Below are positions 38,072 to 51,132 of a DNA stretch of 64,000 bases, one piece after another. Location: positions 31,930,001-31,994,000 of the forward strand of contig NC_043002.1 in assembly GCF_006345805.1 (NCBI RefSeq). The letters run 5' to 3'. Made by a program: the position numbers and the translations under genes. Within the stretch, counting starts at the first letter, position 1; the number at the start of each line of letters is the position of its first letter. Below the pieces are notes generated by a model. The model worked only from the letters and a program-made list of their open reading frames with translations, did no database searches and was not told the DNA's origin. Origin of the DNA: Octopus sinensis. Lineage: Eukaryota.

Positions 38072-39232
38072 ATATTTCGGAATGGTCATATTGCCAGTTT
38101 AGCCAATAAAAACACACGCACTATATATTTGGTGTTATTTTGCTTCAGTGATATTTATTTTTTACATTAATCTTAATCTTATTTCGGCCAAAGTTCTTTC
38201 GTCACACTCCTGTGACCGCATCAGTGGTCCTTTGTTTTCTTCTCACTTATTTGTGTCTCTCCTTACTAACCGTCAGCCATTTTGTATTTCTATTGTATGT
38301 CTTCATTTGCGCATGCTTATATCTCTATGTGCGTCTATGTTTATTTAGTGTGTGTGTGTGGGGGGGAATGCCTGTAATATTTGTATCTTCTGTTTATATA
38401 CATTCTTGTAATTTGTATTTTGTTTTTGTTGTTGTTGCTTTTGTTCTAATTTTGTTCATGTGTTTACATCCACCCATTATTATCATTACATATGCTTGTA
38501 TGTATAACAACAATATTAGTAATAATAATAATAAATCTAATCGAAAAAAATAAATAAATAAAAATAAAAAATAAAGAAATAAAATATATATATATATATA
38601 TATATACATATATACACACATATATACACATATACATATATATATATATATATTCACATATACATACATAGATATATATACATATATATAGTTATTCATT
38701 TCTATTTCTTTAATTATCTGTGTATTTATTATGTTTGCAGGATCCACTATCGTCATATGTTGTGGTGTGTGCTATTGCTCCATTCTAGTTTTCTATTCAG
38801 GCTAGGTTTATTTTCTATTATATTTGTAGCTTCTGTAAATTGTCTAATTGTTGCATCTGTTCTATGTGTGGACAATATCTTAATCTCTATGTTATTGATT
38901 GATCCCCCGTGTTCCTGTTCGGCGTGTTGGTACAGAATCGATGAGCTCTTAAATAAACATAGACGCACATAGAGATATAAGCATGCGCAAATGAAGACAT
39001 ACAATAGAAATACAAAATGGCTGACGGTTAGTAAGGAGAGACACAAATAAGTGAGAAGAAAACAAAGGACCACTGATGCGGTCACAGGAGTGTGACGAAA
39101 GAACTTTGGCCGAAATAAGATTAAGATTAATGTAAAAAATAAATATCACTGAAGCAAAATAAAACCAAATATATAGCGCGTGTGTTTTTATTGGCTAAAA
39201 TGGCAATATGACCATTCCGAAATATAACAATA
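38065..39232 (-). mobile_element. 5'-truncated Penelope-like element: inverted pLTR copy, GIY-YIG C-terminus (38949-38753), 3' UTR and pLTR
   Basis: 283-bp inverted arms 38065-38347 and 38950-39232 (3 mismatches seen); SILYQHAEQEH..IKILSTH..IRQFTEATNIIENKPSLNRKLEW fits the PLE GIY-YIG tail (H..H, R..EA..I, P.LN). Confidence 0.78.
39067..39111 (+). ncRNA. Hammerhead-like motif with non-canonical core (mirror copy on minus strand at 38186-38230)
   Basis: ggacca CTGATGcg gtcaca-ggag-tgtgac GAAA gaactt tggcc. Confidence 0.55.
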
Positions 39233-39296
39233 TCTGTTCAAACACACGACTTCACATAAAAAATCTTGCACAACAAATATTTAAACATATATATAT

Positions 39297-39357
<61 letters not shown>

Positions 39358-39373
39358 CACATATATACGTAAA

Positions 39374-39631
39374 ATATGAAAAATCAACGAAAATGCATAT
39401 TGCAAATAGAAAAAGGTTATTTATGACAGGTAGCGACAAATATATACATTTGATTGACTGAGGTAGTAATACGAGTCATAAAGGTCATTATAATGACCTT
39501 TATGACTCGTATTATAATGACCTTTAGACTCGTATTACTACCTCAGTCAATCTAAATGTATATATTTGTCGCTACCTGTCATAAATAGCCTTTTTCTATT
39601 TGCAATATGTATTTTCGTTGATTTTTCATAT
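39374..39631. repeat. Fold-back with about 117-bp arms and a 24-bp duplication at the apex
   Basis: Perfect 48-bp palindrome 39467-39514 centred at 39490|39491; right-arm start repeated at 39515-39537. Confidence 0.9.
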
Positions 39632-39694
39632 ATTACCCTTATATTTCCACGTGTATTTTATATTTTCTTTTCGTAACATATTTCTACTATATAT

Positions 39695-40375
39695 AGGTAT
39701 TTAGTGTATTTTCTAAATCCGTAATTTAACCCGTATCACATTTAGGTGTATCCAGCATTCTAATATTACATATTACACAAAGCATGAGAAACAAACGTAA
39801 GCAGACGATCAGGATGTTAGAAACCAAATAAAATTTACATTTCGCTGACTATTGATATCCTGTTCTAATGTGAACATTAACGTGTTTGTTGGTATGAATA
39901 TATGTAAATGGGTGTCGGGAGAGTAAGTTTCTTTATCTGATCATATTTTTCTGCGTGTATATCTTTGAATGTTTACCCACGCGTGATTTTCATGTTCTCT
40001 GAGTATAGATAAATTTTATTGTGCTTTTCAATATCACATACTCCTCGAAAAGGATCTGTGTGGCAGCAAGTATATCATGCGAATAGCATATCTGGATATG
40101 TCTCTCTTGCCTAAGCCCCGGATATTCCATCACCCTCTTCTGTAGCAGTTCTTGGATGAATGTATTTATATACGTACATACCTACCTACCTACCTACCTA
40201 CATACATACATACATACATACATACATACATACATACATACATACATGCATACATACATACATACATACATAAACCATGCATGCATATATATACGATAGT
40301 GTAATATCAGAATGCTGGATATACCTAAATGTGATATGGATTGAATTCCTGGTTAAGAAAATTCACTTAATACGC
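39695..40375. repeat. Diverged inverted repeat (about 75-bp arms), possible MITE
   Basis: atcacatttaggtgtatccagcattct (39733-39761 region) versus agaatgctggatatacctaaatgtgat (40309-40335). Confidence 0.65.
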
Positions 40376-40640
40376 TTTAATTGCAAACGACTTTCTTCAG
40401 GCTGTTTAAACATCCTAAACGAAATATTTTTCTTGAATTTCTTAGACGCGATATAACATGAGGCCCCAATAGCGGGTCCTATAGCGGGCACTATATCGGA
40501 CTCTATAGCGGGACTGATTTCGAAAAGTCACTGAAGTTTCGAAGTCATTCTCAATAATATTTTTGTCTAAGAATTATATGTGTGTGTGTGCATGTGTCTG
40601 TGTGTTTGTGAGTGTCTGTGCATATGCTTGTGTGTATGTG

Positions 40641-41025
40641 TGTGGCTGTGTGGTAAGAATCTTGCTTTCCCGCTACATGGGTTCAGTCCAACTGCGTGTC
40701 ACCTTGGCCTAGTCTATTCAATAGCCTCGGACCGACCGAATCTTTGTGAGTAGTTTTGCTAGACAGAAACTGAAAGAAGCACGTCGTATATGTATATGTG
40801 TTTATGTGTGTGCGTGTCTTTGTGTCAGTGCTTGTCTCTCTACTATCGCTTCACACCCGATATTGGTGTGTTTATGTCCCCGGAACATAGCGTTTCGGCA
40901 TAAAGAGATTGATAACATAAGTACTAGGTTTACAAAGAATAAGTCTTGGAATCAATTTCTTAAAGGCTAAAAGCCTTTATGTCGGTGCTCCAGCATGGCC
41001 ACAGTCAAATGAACATATAAATGAA

Positions 41026-41030
<5 letters not shown>
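40641..41030 (+). mobile_element. Family-B SINE, full length, diverged
   Basis: gtggctgtgtggtaagaatcttgct...gggttcagtcca...ggtgctccagcatggccacagtcaaatga. Confidence 0.85.
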
Positions 41031-41060
<30 letters not shown>

Positions 41061-41125
41061 GGTCCCGGGTTGAGTCGGGGTTAACCACAGTAAATAAGGT
41101 ACTCAATACATAGCAGAGTAAATTA

Positions 41126-41259
41126 ATTTATTTTATAGAAGGAGCTTCTACAGGACTAGAACTGTTTCATTCAAAAGAAATCATCAGGAAGCTCTTCCTG
41201 ATGATTTCTTTTGAATGAAACAATTCTAGTCCTGTAGAAGATCCTTCTATAAAATAAAT
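41126..41259. repeat. Hairpin with 66-bp arms and 2-nt spacer, containing a CTGATGA...GAAA core
   Basis: Arms 41126-41191 and 41194-41259 with 2 mismatches. Confidence 0.92.
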
Positions 41260-41630
41260 ATATATATATATATAATAAGGTTGAAAAATTGAATATTCAT
41301 TTGATTAATATCAATTTAAAACCAGTGGCCTAGCATATTGAAAAATCTGAAGATAAGGAAACATTATATTACATACATATAAGAGGGATGACCATTAAGT
41401 GGACATCCATTATGCTGGAAGTAAACCCCCTATGGTCTTACCACTAAGAAAATATTGTTTTCTAGAAAATTCTACAAACGCCAGAACGTAAGCGAGCAAG
41501 ACAAATGAAAAGATGCAAAATATAAAGATTAATCACAAATCCGGTTTCTTTGTTACCACTTACGTAATTACTTGCGTAAATGTCCTCAATTCATCAGTGT
41601 GATCGTCATAGCAAAATATAATTTGCAGAA

Positions 41631-41670
41631 CTATACACGAGACGTCCGCATGCGGACGTCTCGTGTATAG
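41631..41670. repeat. Perfect 40-bp spacer-less palindrome
   Basis: ctatacacgagacgtccgca|tgcggacgtctcgtgtatag. Confidence 0.97.
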
Positions 41671-41685
41671 TCGGAAGTATGTAAT

Positions 41686-42040
41686 ATTCTCCGATGAGTC
41701 CAGTTTTTCCTTTTCCTCACTGCAGGGCGAGTTTTTGTGTGAAGGCAGCCTAGGGAAGCTTTTAATCCTGACTGCCTTCTTCCTTCAGCGAAGCACGTAG
41801 AAGGGTCTCTAATGGTTTCGGCAACCATTTCTTGGAATTCTCTAGGTTCAATCGTTGCCCTCCATGCTAGGATCAACAGCAATGATTATCTTCCCATGGT
41901 CCAGACATTATTCCCTGATGGTGAGTGCAGCTTTCAAGATGAGAATGCTCCGGTACACACCTTTCATGTGATTAAGAATTGGCATAAGAGCGTAGTAGTG
42001 AGCTACATCTCATGGAGTGGCCCCCTCAATTTCCAGATCT
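41686..42040 (+). mobile_element. Tc1-type transposase catalytic-domain fragment
   Basis: FSDESSF, GRVFV*RQPREAFNPDCLLPSAKH, SLMVSATISW, FQDENAPVHT, EWPPQFPDL. Confidence 0.88.
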
Positions 42041-42050
42041 TTGTGTTCTT

Positions 42051-42132
42051 TCACAACTTCCAACTAAAGTCGGCGATAAATATTTCATATATACGGACAT
42101 AATCACACACACATACACACACATATTTATGA

Positions 42133-42180
<48 letters not shown>

Positions 42181-42246
42181 CATTGTCTGCGTGATTATGT
42201 CCGTATATATGAAATATTTATCATCGACTTTATTTGGAAGTTGTGA
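42051..42246. repeat. Inverted repeat (56-bp arms) around a (CA)n(TA)n spacer
   Basis: 42051-42106 versus 42191-42246, about 3 mismatches. Confidence 0.88.
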
Positions 42247-42932
42247 TAGTACACAAAGCAATGCATTATTTACCATGTGAGATAGATGTTATTTTTTTAT
42301 ATTAATACTACTTCTGTCACTATGAATTAGTTTTTGATAAGTCCATAGGTTATTTGCATCACCATTGCCGGAATAGACACTGATGTTCTATTTATCTTTG
42401 ACGGAGGAAACGGATGCTATGAGTGCGCTGGATGTCTGTCATTCATAAACCCGAAATAGGGCGAAATGACATGATCTGGCTGCTATTGCGGCGGGTGATG
42501 CAGCGGACTTGGCAGGCGGTTATCGCCCTTCAATAATATAAACACGAGTGCTTGTAAGCACCACGTTTCCGTATGAGACGTCCTTTCATAGTAAATAACG
42601 CGGAATTTAGTTTTAACAAAGCTTACACGTAAAGTGGGGGATAAATACTACCTTCTGGTATTAATACTACTTCTGTTGCTATGGTGCTTATAAACTCACT
42701 CATACACACACACACACGCAAAGACACACGCACACATGCATACACCCACTCATATATAAATACACACGCACGCATACGCACATATATGCATACAGATAAG
42801 CATATATAAGTATGTGTACGAATATATGAATATATATCGGCCGGAACTACAGAGACTACCCAACCCTACATGGTGCATACCTTTTCAAGTACTTGATTCT
42901 ACCTGGAACCTCATTTTATTATATATATTATG

Positions 42933-42994
<62 letters not shown>

Positions 42995-43246
42995 TATGTA
43001 TGAACGTATAAGTAAAAGTATGTTTGGTATGTATATGCTAGCTCGGACGTATGTGTGGATGCGTGTAATGTGTGTGTGGTGTGTGTGTGTGTGTGTGCAT
43101 GTATATAGATGTATATATAAATGTGTTTTTATATCTCTATGTCTGAATGCGTGCATATATATATTTGTAATATATCTCCGTATAGGCATTTCATGGCGTG
43201 TAGCTATGTGCCTATGAACATATATATATATGTTTATATATATATA

Positions 43247-43338
<92 letters not shown>

Positions 43339-43697
43339 ACATATAGCTCATTATAGTCCAGCGGAGCTGTTCAACACTCAACGCTTCAGTCTGGCATTGC
43401 TTACGTCTATTTATCATATTCCTTCCTCCGAAGGTGACGGCTAAGTTATGCTATTTTTCATGTTTAATCAACGCTGATTGCATACCAAATCTGCCAAGAA
43501 CACTTAAGGCCATGCAAACAACGTGACTACATACCCGCAAACACTCGCGCACACAAACACATGGAAAGATACACACGCACGCAACCGCACACAGACACAT
43601 ACACAAGACACACTTTTGAAATGTATATATAACTAAATATGTGTGTGTGTGTGTATGTGTGTGAGTGTGTATACGTGCATGTGCCATACATAGTTGC

Positions 43698-43771
<74 letters not shown>

Positions 43772-43821
43772 CTCTGTATGTGTGTATATATACATATATG
43801 TACACACACATACACACACAT

Positions 43822-43895
<74 letters not shown>

Positions 43896-43977
43896 TTATA
43901 CATGTATACATATATATACATATATATATATACATATCTATGTGTGTATGTATCTATGTATGTATCTATGTATATTG

Positions 43978-44520
43978 TCACCCCACAGTATAAAATTAAC
44001 GGTGGAACCCCAAGCAATCCAACGAAACTGCACAAAGAAAATTACCTCACCTACTGGGAAAGGCTGAAAGATATAAGGCTCTCTCCCTAAAACGACAGCA
44101 GGAAAGATATGCAGTGATATACATCTGGAAAACCCTGGAAGATCTTGCATCACCCTTTGGCATTGTAAGTTACACAAATATCATAACGGGGCGCCACTGT
44201 ATAGTGCCAAAAATCCCACCATCACCATCAAAGTACAGGACTAAGTACTGCAACAGCTTGGGCTTCTATGGCCCATAGCTCTTCAATATCCTTCCAAAAT
44301 GCCCGAGAGACCCGTAAGGTGTGGATATAGGTGTCTTCACAATGAAACTGGATCACTTCTTGTCTTTGGTACCTTATGAGCCTACCTCACGGCAGAAAAC
44401 AAGTAAGGGCAGTAGCATCAAACTCCTTCATTTACTGAGTGCCACATACCAGAGCAAGTTTCTAATAATGAAGGTATAGCAAAGAGTGATGTCCAAGCAT
44501 GACCGAAGGTTTAAAGCCGC
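43978..44520 (+). mobile_element. CR1-type LINE 3' fragment, decayed
   Basis: SPHSIK, AIQR, YWERLK, SLKRQQERYAVIYIWK, GP*LFNILPK, KLDHFLSLVP.EP. Confidence 0.82.
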
Positions 44521-44689
44521 ATCAATTTAACGATGTGTGTGTATGTGTGTATGCATATATATTATATATATATGTGTGGGTATATATATATATATATTAT
44601 GTATGTATGTATGTATGTATGTATGTATGTATATATATTATATATATATATATATGATATATATATAAACTTAGACTTGGATAAACTTA

Positions 44690-45820
44690 GATATGTTTCG
44701 ACCAAAGATTGGTCCAGGCCATGTCTAACTTAATAGCACCACCTGATAGGATTATCTAAATCCTGTTTAAGTCAGGTTTTGTTTATGTTCCATTCAAGTA
44801 GTGATTTTTTGTTGGTTGAGTTGTATCCAATTATGAGTGGCTTATCTGGTATTCCTTGAAGGTATCTATCAAGACTCCGTTTAAAGTTGATGGGATCCCT
44901 TTCCTCTTTGATCTCTTTCGGGACAATGTTAAATAGGGCAGGGCTTGTTGAGGAAAAGAAATTATGTTGCAGTGTACATGTATACTGTGATCTTGAATTG
45001 GGCAGGGGACGTATGGCCCGTGGTCCCAGTCTTGGATGAACCTTGAAGCTAATGTTAAGGTCGTTTGGGCAAAGTTGGCGGTATATTCTCCACATCGTAC
45101 AAATGATGTACCGCTCACGGCGACGATAGAGAGAGTAGAGTTTCAAGGCTTTAAGGCGGTCCCAATAATCGAGAGCAGCCATGATATCAATTCGTATAGT
45201 GAGTGCCCTCTGGGGTGATTCAATCCTCGAGATGTTTTGTCTTGTATGGGGAGACCACAGTGGGCAGCAGTATTCGAGGTGCGGCCGTACAAAGGAGGAG
45301 AAAAGTGGTATCATGACACCTTGTTCTCTGGACCGGAAAGTTCTTAGGATCCAGGAACACATCCTACGAGCTATATCGACCTTCTTGTTGATGTGTGCAC
45401 TCCAACTGAGATTGTCATCAATAATTACACCCGGGTCTCTGATATTGTTAGAGGCTGTGAGCGGTTCCCCTGAAGGAAGAGAGTATGGCTGTTTTAGTGA
45501 GGAATGTCTTCCAAAATGCATCAGCTCAAATTTTCCCTCGTTCAGTTGCATTTTGTTTCTGTCTGCCTAATGACTCACAGCATATAGATCAGACTGGAGT
45601 TGAGTTCGGTCTGCTTCTTCATTGACGATTTCCTGGAGCTTAGTGTCATCAGCAAATATTTTCACTTTGCAGTAGTGTACGACACTGGAAAGGTCGTTTA
45701 TGTAAATTATAAAGAGTAGCGGGCCCAAGACAGTCTCCTGAGGGACACCGCTGGTGACTTTTGCTGGGCTTGAGTGGACTCCATCAACTACAACATGTTG
45801 TGTTCTACTCGCCAGGAAAT
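44690..45820 (-). mobile_element. 5'-truncated CR1-type LINE: RT C-half and 3' end, one in-frame stop
   Basis: [80 protein letters not shown]. Confidence 0.93.
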
Positions 45821-45852
45821 ATGTATATATATATAAATATTTTGTCAATTTA

Positions 45853-46320
45853 TTGTGACAGTTCCACGAAAAGGAAGAGTGCTACTGATATTTAGCCCGA
45901 GGAAACACCGTCTCCAGTTGGCCATTACACATTTTCTATCTCCTTATGTTGTTAAAAGGGAGATAAGCATCTCTACTCAACAATGCCAGCCTTCAGTGAC
46001 TAGTTTCAAAGTCATTGCTCATCATCAATCTGCTAGTTGTCGATGCCTATTCGCCTTTGAAAACATATATATTTCAATTGAAATACATTCACTGATTTCG
46101 GAAAGAGAAATATTACCTTTCTCAGAGAGATTTATACAGCTAGCAAGCCATGCTACTCCTGACTTATGATAAACAATGACTCTGAAACTAGTAAACTAGT
46201 CTCTGAAGGCTGGCTTCTCTGGGTGGAGGCGCTTATCTCCCCTTTGAAAACATACGGGCACAGAAAATGTGTCATGGCCAACTGAAAACGATGTTTCTCC
46301 CTTCCATGGGACTGTAACCT
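45853..46320. mobile_element. MITE-like element with long diverged TIRs
   Basis: 45901-46025 is the reverse complement of about 46167-46298 (cagttggcca..acacattttct; ggagataagc; gccagccttcag.gactagttt). Confidence 0.7.
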
Positions 46321-47780
46321 TAAGTTGACAACATACTATCACTTTATCATGCTGCTACTGTATAGATCTCTCTGAGAAATTTAGAAATGTAACATTTAAA
46401 TATATATATATATATATATATATGAAAATACAAGTCAGGATAGAAAATGCTGAAATAATTTTATAAAGAACATTTCAGTACCTGTTTCAGTCATTGAGAC
46501 CTTTTCAACTGTAACAATTAAATAATTAAATTTAGAAAAATTAAAAGAAAAGTTTTTTAAAAGAATATTTGTATAGTGTTTAAATCTAAGTGTCATTTTC
46601 CTTGTTTCTGCCTTTCTCTGTCTCTCTTGTTTACTCTTGTATATATACACATACATATATATATATATGGAGAGGCAGAGGGAGGAGGACACTGTTCACG
46701 TGATTCGCAATTTTTTTTTTATATACTTACTTATAGAAATGGCAACATTAAGATCATTCAGTACATTTTCGTTGTTTAGTATATTTATTCATTTTTAAAC
46801 CTCAAAAGTCGTGAGTTACTGCGAAATTTCGATTTAGTAGCCATAGTTATACACTTGAATGCATCCACGCGTAAATTTGGCAATGACTGTCAAATTTTTC
46901 TTGTAAAAATGATGGGTGTGTGTGGGTATTTGTTAAAGAGCACAACAAACGTTAAGACAAGACAAACATCTCAAGTCATATATGTTATTATCACTGGAAA
47001 AATTCGATGCCTTACAGCTGTTTCTGGAATATGCCAGAGTACGAGATATTCCGTCATCGGAGATAAATAGGGAAAATTAGAAGGGTATAGATGAAGGAAA
47101 TGACAACGTAGAATACATGAGAAAAGGAATAATGATCTGAAGTTGCAGATCTGGAACAGACTGCCCGCAACATGACCATTGCAGAAGATTCAACGACATA
47201 TGCCAATGCACCGTTCACAACATAATAAATAACTCCAATAGCTACTACATTAGATCTAGCATGAATTTAAAGCAAAGATATTATGCACATTTAAACTCAT
47301 TTAAATATAAATAGAATAGCAATTCCACATCACTAGGCAGCCGCGTACAACATCATTTATCCAAAAACTATAAACCTGTATTAAATATAAACCCATATCA
47401 AAAAAAAAAAAAACTTACTGCTTCTATTGTAAGACATAAGCCAGAATAAAATACAGACCAAATAAAAATTTCAGATATACCTCCCCTATACTGTGAAATA
47501 GAAGAGTGAACAATTATATCCACTAGTAATGTCTCCCCCATAGAAATATGTCTATTTTCAAGCCTTAGCTTGATGAGCTATGCGAAACCGGTTGTTACAT
47601 TAATTATGTTCAAAGAACAAAATCTTATTTTGTACGAAATTGTATAATGTGTTTATTATTATGACTCTAATATACTCCTTCACCCTGTAAAATAAATCTG
47701 TTTTTTCATCTTTTCACTTTCTGCATATATCTAACCACGAGTGTTCCCCCCACTAAATATTACCCTATACATATATTATG

Positions 47781-47900
<120 letters not shown>

Positions 47901-47903
47901 ATA

Positions 47904-47939
<36 letters not shown>

Positions 47940-47984
47940 TACATACATACATACATACAAACAACATACATATATATAATATAT

Positions 47985-48026
<42 letters not shown>

Positions 48027-48156
48027 CATACATATATGAATAGCTATGTTTACACATATTTTTGTATAAAATGCGTGTGTTATGTACACATTTAAGACAA
48101 TGGCCTAATCAGTTATTCTAACCGCGCACGCATACTCATACACAAATACTCATACA

Positions 48157-48228
<72 letters not shown>

Positions 48229-48229
48229 C

Positions 48230-48269
<40 letters not shown>

Positions 48270-48822
48270 GACGCGCGTACAGACACACACAACCGCACTC
48301 ACTGAAAAAGAATTTACAAATAAACTTATACACTCACATTTATGCACCGATATTTAGCAATTCTCTTCCACACATAGGTATACACATAAAGCACACACAC
48401 TGACTCAGATAAAAGGGCCAGGAATAATGTATTTCATCATTAAAAATACCGCCACGTTATTGTTGAAGTATTCTTTCATAAGATGTCATGCACCAAGCAA
48501 AATGGCGGCTATTAATGAAAGGAACTCAAATATCATCAACTATTTCATGTACATTTCTGAAGATATTTCGTGTAATTAAATTAATTAGAGCATGGGTGTT
48601 GGTGGTGTTAATGAGATCATTATCTTTTTTTGCGGTGAGAGCATGCGGCATGTTGAATGTGTTTGCATTTTGTATATATATTTTTTTTTATCATACATTA
48701 TTATGTATTCTTAATAATTGAAATTGCGTAAATGCGAGGATATATATTTTTGTTTAAATATGCATATTGGTACATACGTGCGTTTGTTTCAGAATATGGG
48801 ACGTTATTTGTACGTGTGTAAC

Positions 48823-48857
<35 letters not shown>

Positions 48858-49285
48858 ATGTGCGTGTGTGTCGCTGCATGTGATTAAACAATGAATAGAT
48901 ATGTGTGTATGAGTAAGACTAAGAGTATAGAAATTACCGACGTTAATGAATGTATAAAAGTAATTATATCGTTATGTAACATATGTACACAGAGAAACAC
49001 TTATACATAAACATATTTACACATACACACACACACACACATACATATATATATATACATTCACACACATTCACACTCTCAAACAGACACACTCAAACAC
49101 ATACACACATACATGCAGTAAAGTATTGACATATGGATATGCCGCCTGTGCGTGTCTGATGATGTGGAAATATAGAGATGTATTTATGCGTACGTTAATA
49201 TGTCAGAGTGTGTACAGATATTAGTCTACGTTTGTTTATCACACAATGTAGCTGAGTATATACATTTATGTGTGTGTGTGTATCT

Positions 49286-49374
<89 letters not shown>

Positions 49375-49449
49375 GAGATAGTGAGAGATAGCTACAGAAA
49401 ATAAATACATATAAACATTCATATATACATATATATTTATGCTCAAATG

Positions 49450-49487
<38 letters not shown>

Positions 49488-49586
49488 AAGATACATTCAT
49501 ACATATATGTGTGTGTATATATATATATGGGGAGAGGGATGCATACATATACATATGTATATGAATATATATACATACATATATAT

Positions 49587-49631
<45 letters not shown>

Positions 49632-49995
49632 ATATTTATATACATATACGTATATAGTTAGATAGATACACACATATATAAATATATATAATATATGTAA
49701 GTATATATACATGTATATACATATATATATATGCGTACATAGGTACATGCATGCGTGAACACATACGTATGCATAAGTAAGCATGTATGCATCTTATTGT
49801 TTGAATACATATATTTCTAAAATGCTGGTGTGGTCGGGTTAGGATACAAACATTTTATCCGATTTTAATTGAAAATTGTCAAATTTCTATGTACTTATTG
49901 TTATTTTGGTATGAATGATTATTGTCTTACATCTTTTGTTTAAAACATTTGGTTCCCTCCTACTTGCTCCAACACCAGTCAGTTATTTTTCTATA

Positions 49996-50026
49996 TTCTT
50001 CTATTACAATTCTAATGGTGGAAGAA

Positions 50027-50115
<89 letters not shown>

Positions 50116-50321
50116 CATTATTATTATTATTATTACTGTTATTATTATTATTATTATTACTATTATTAATATTATTATCATTATTATCATTATTATTATT
50201 ATTATTACTGTTATTATTATTATTATTATTACTATTATTAATATTATTATCATTATTATCATTATTGTCATTATTATCATTATTATTATTATCATTATTA
50301 TCATCATTATCATCATCATCA

Positions 50322-50371
<50 letters not shown>

Positions 50372-50396
50372 TTTCTTATTATTATCATTATCATTG

Positions 50397-50439
<43 letters not shown>

Positions 50440-50605
50440 CATCATTATTGCTATAATTATTATTATTATCATTATTATTCATCATTATTATTATTATATT
50501 ATTATTATTATTAATATTATTATTATTAATATTATTATTATATTATTATTATATTATTATTATTATATTATTATTATTATTATTATCATTATTATTATTA
50601 TTATC

Positions 50606-50666
<61 letters not shown>

Positions 50667-50670
50667 TTGC
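49996..50670. repeat. Long compound (ATT/ATC)n plus (AGT)n microsatellite
   Basis: Direct reading; source of the poly-I, poly-N and poly-S ORFs. Confidence 0.95.
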
Positions 50671-51098
50671 TATTATAAATTTTATTAGAATGATTCTTCC
50701 TGTTAGAATGAATATTATTGTTATTGTAATTTATAATTTTATTGCTAATATTATTAACATTTAAAAAAAATTAATTACCTTATTGACATGCGATACTGCG
50801 CGCAGAGTCTTAGTTGTAATACAAGGTGCCGACCAATTTTTTATTCGCATTGATACACACTATTGCCTACATAAACGAATCCATACACACATACACATAT
50901 ATGTATATGCATGTGCATACAATGATAAGAACCACATAATAAATACATGCGTGCATATATGCGTGAATATATATACATACACACACGCACGTACATACAC
51001 ACGCCCACAAATATATACACTTAACAGTGTTAAAGCCCAGATACACATATTTTAAAATTAAAATATATTACACACATACATGTGTGTGTATATGATGT

Positions 51099-51132
<34 letters not shown>

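Noticed and set aside
40468-40516. Four degenerate 12-bp tandem units (tatagcggg...)
   Set aside because: Short minisatellite with no evidence of function.
47050-47270. Hydrophobic open frame on the minus strand
   Set aside because: No recognisable family; T-rich DNA yields such frames by chance.
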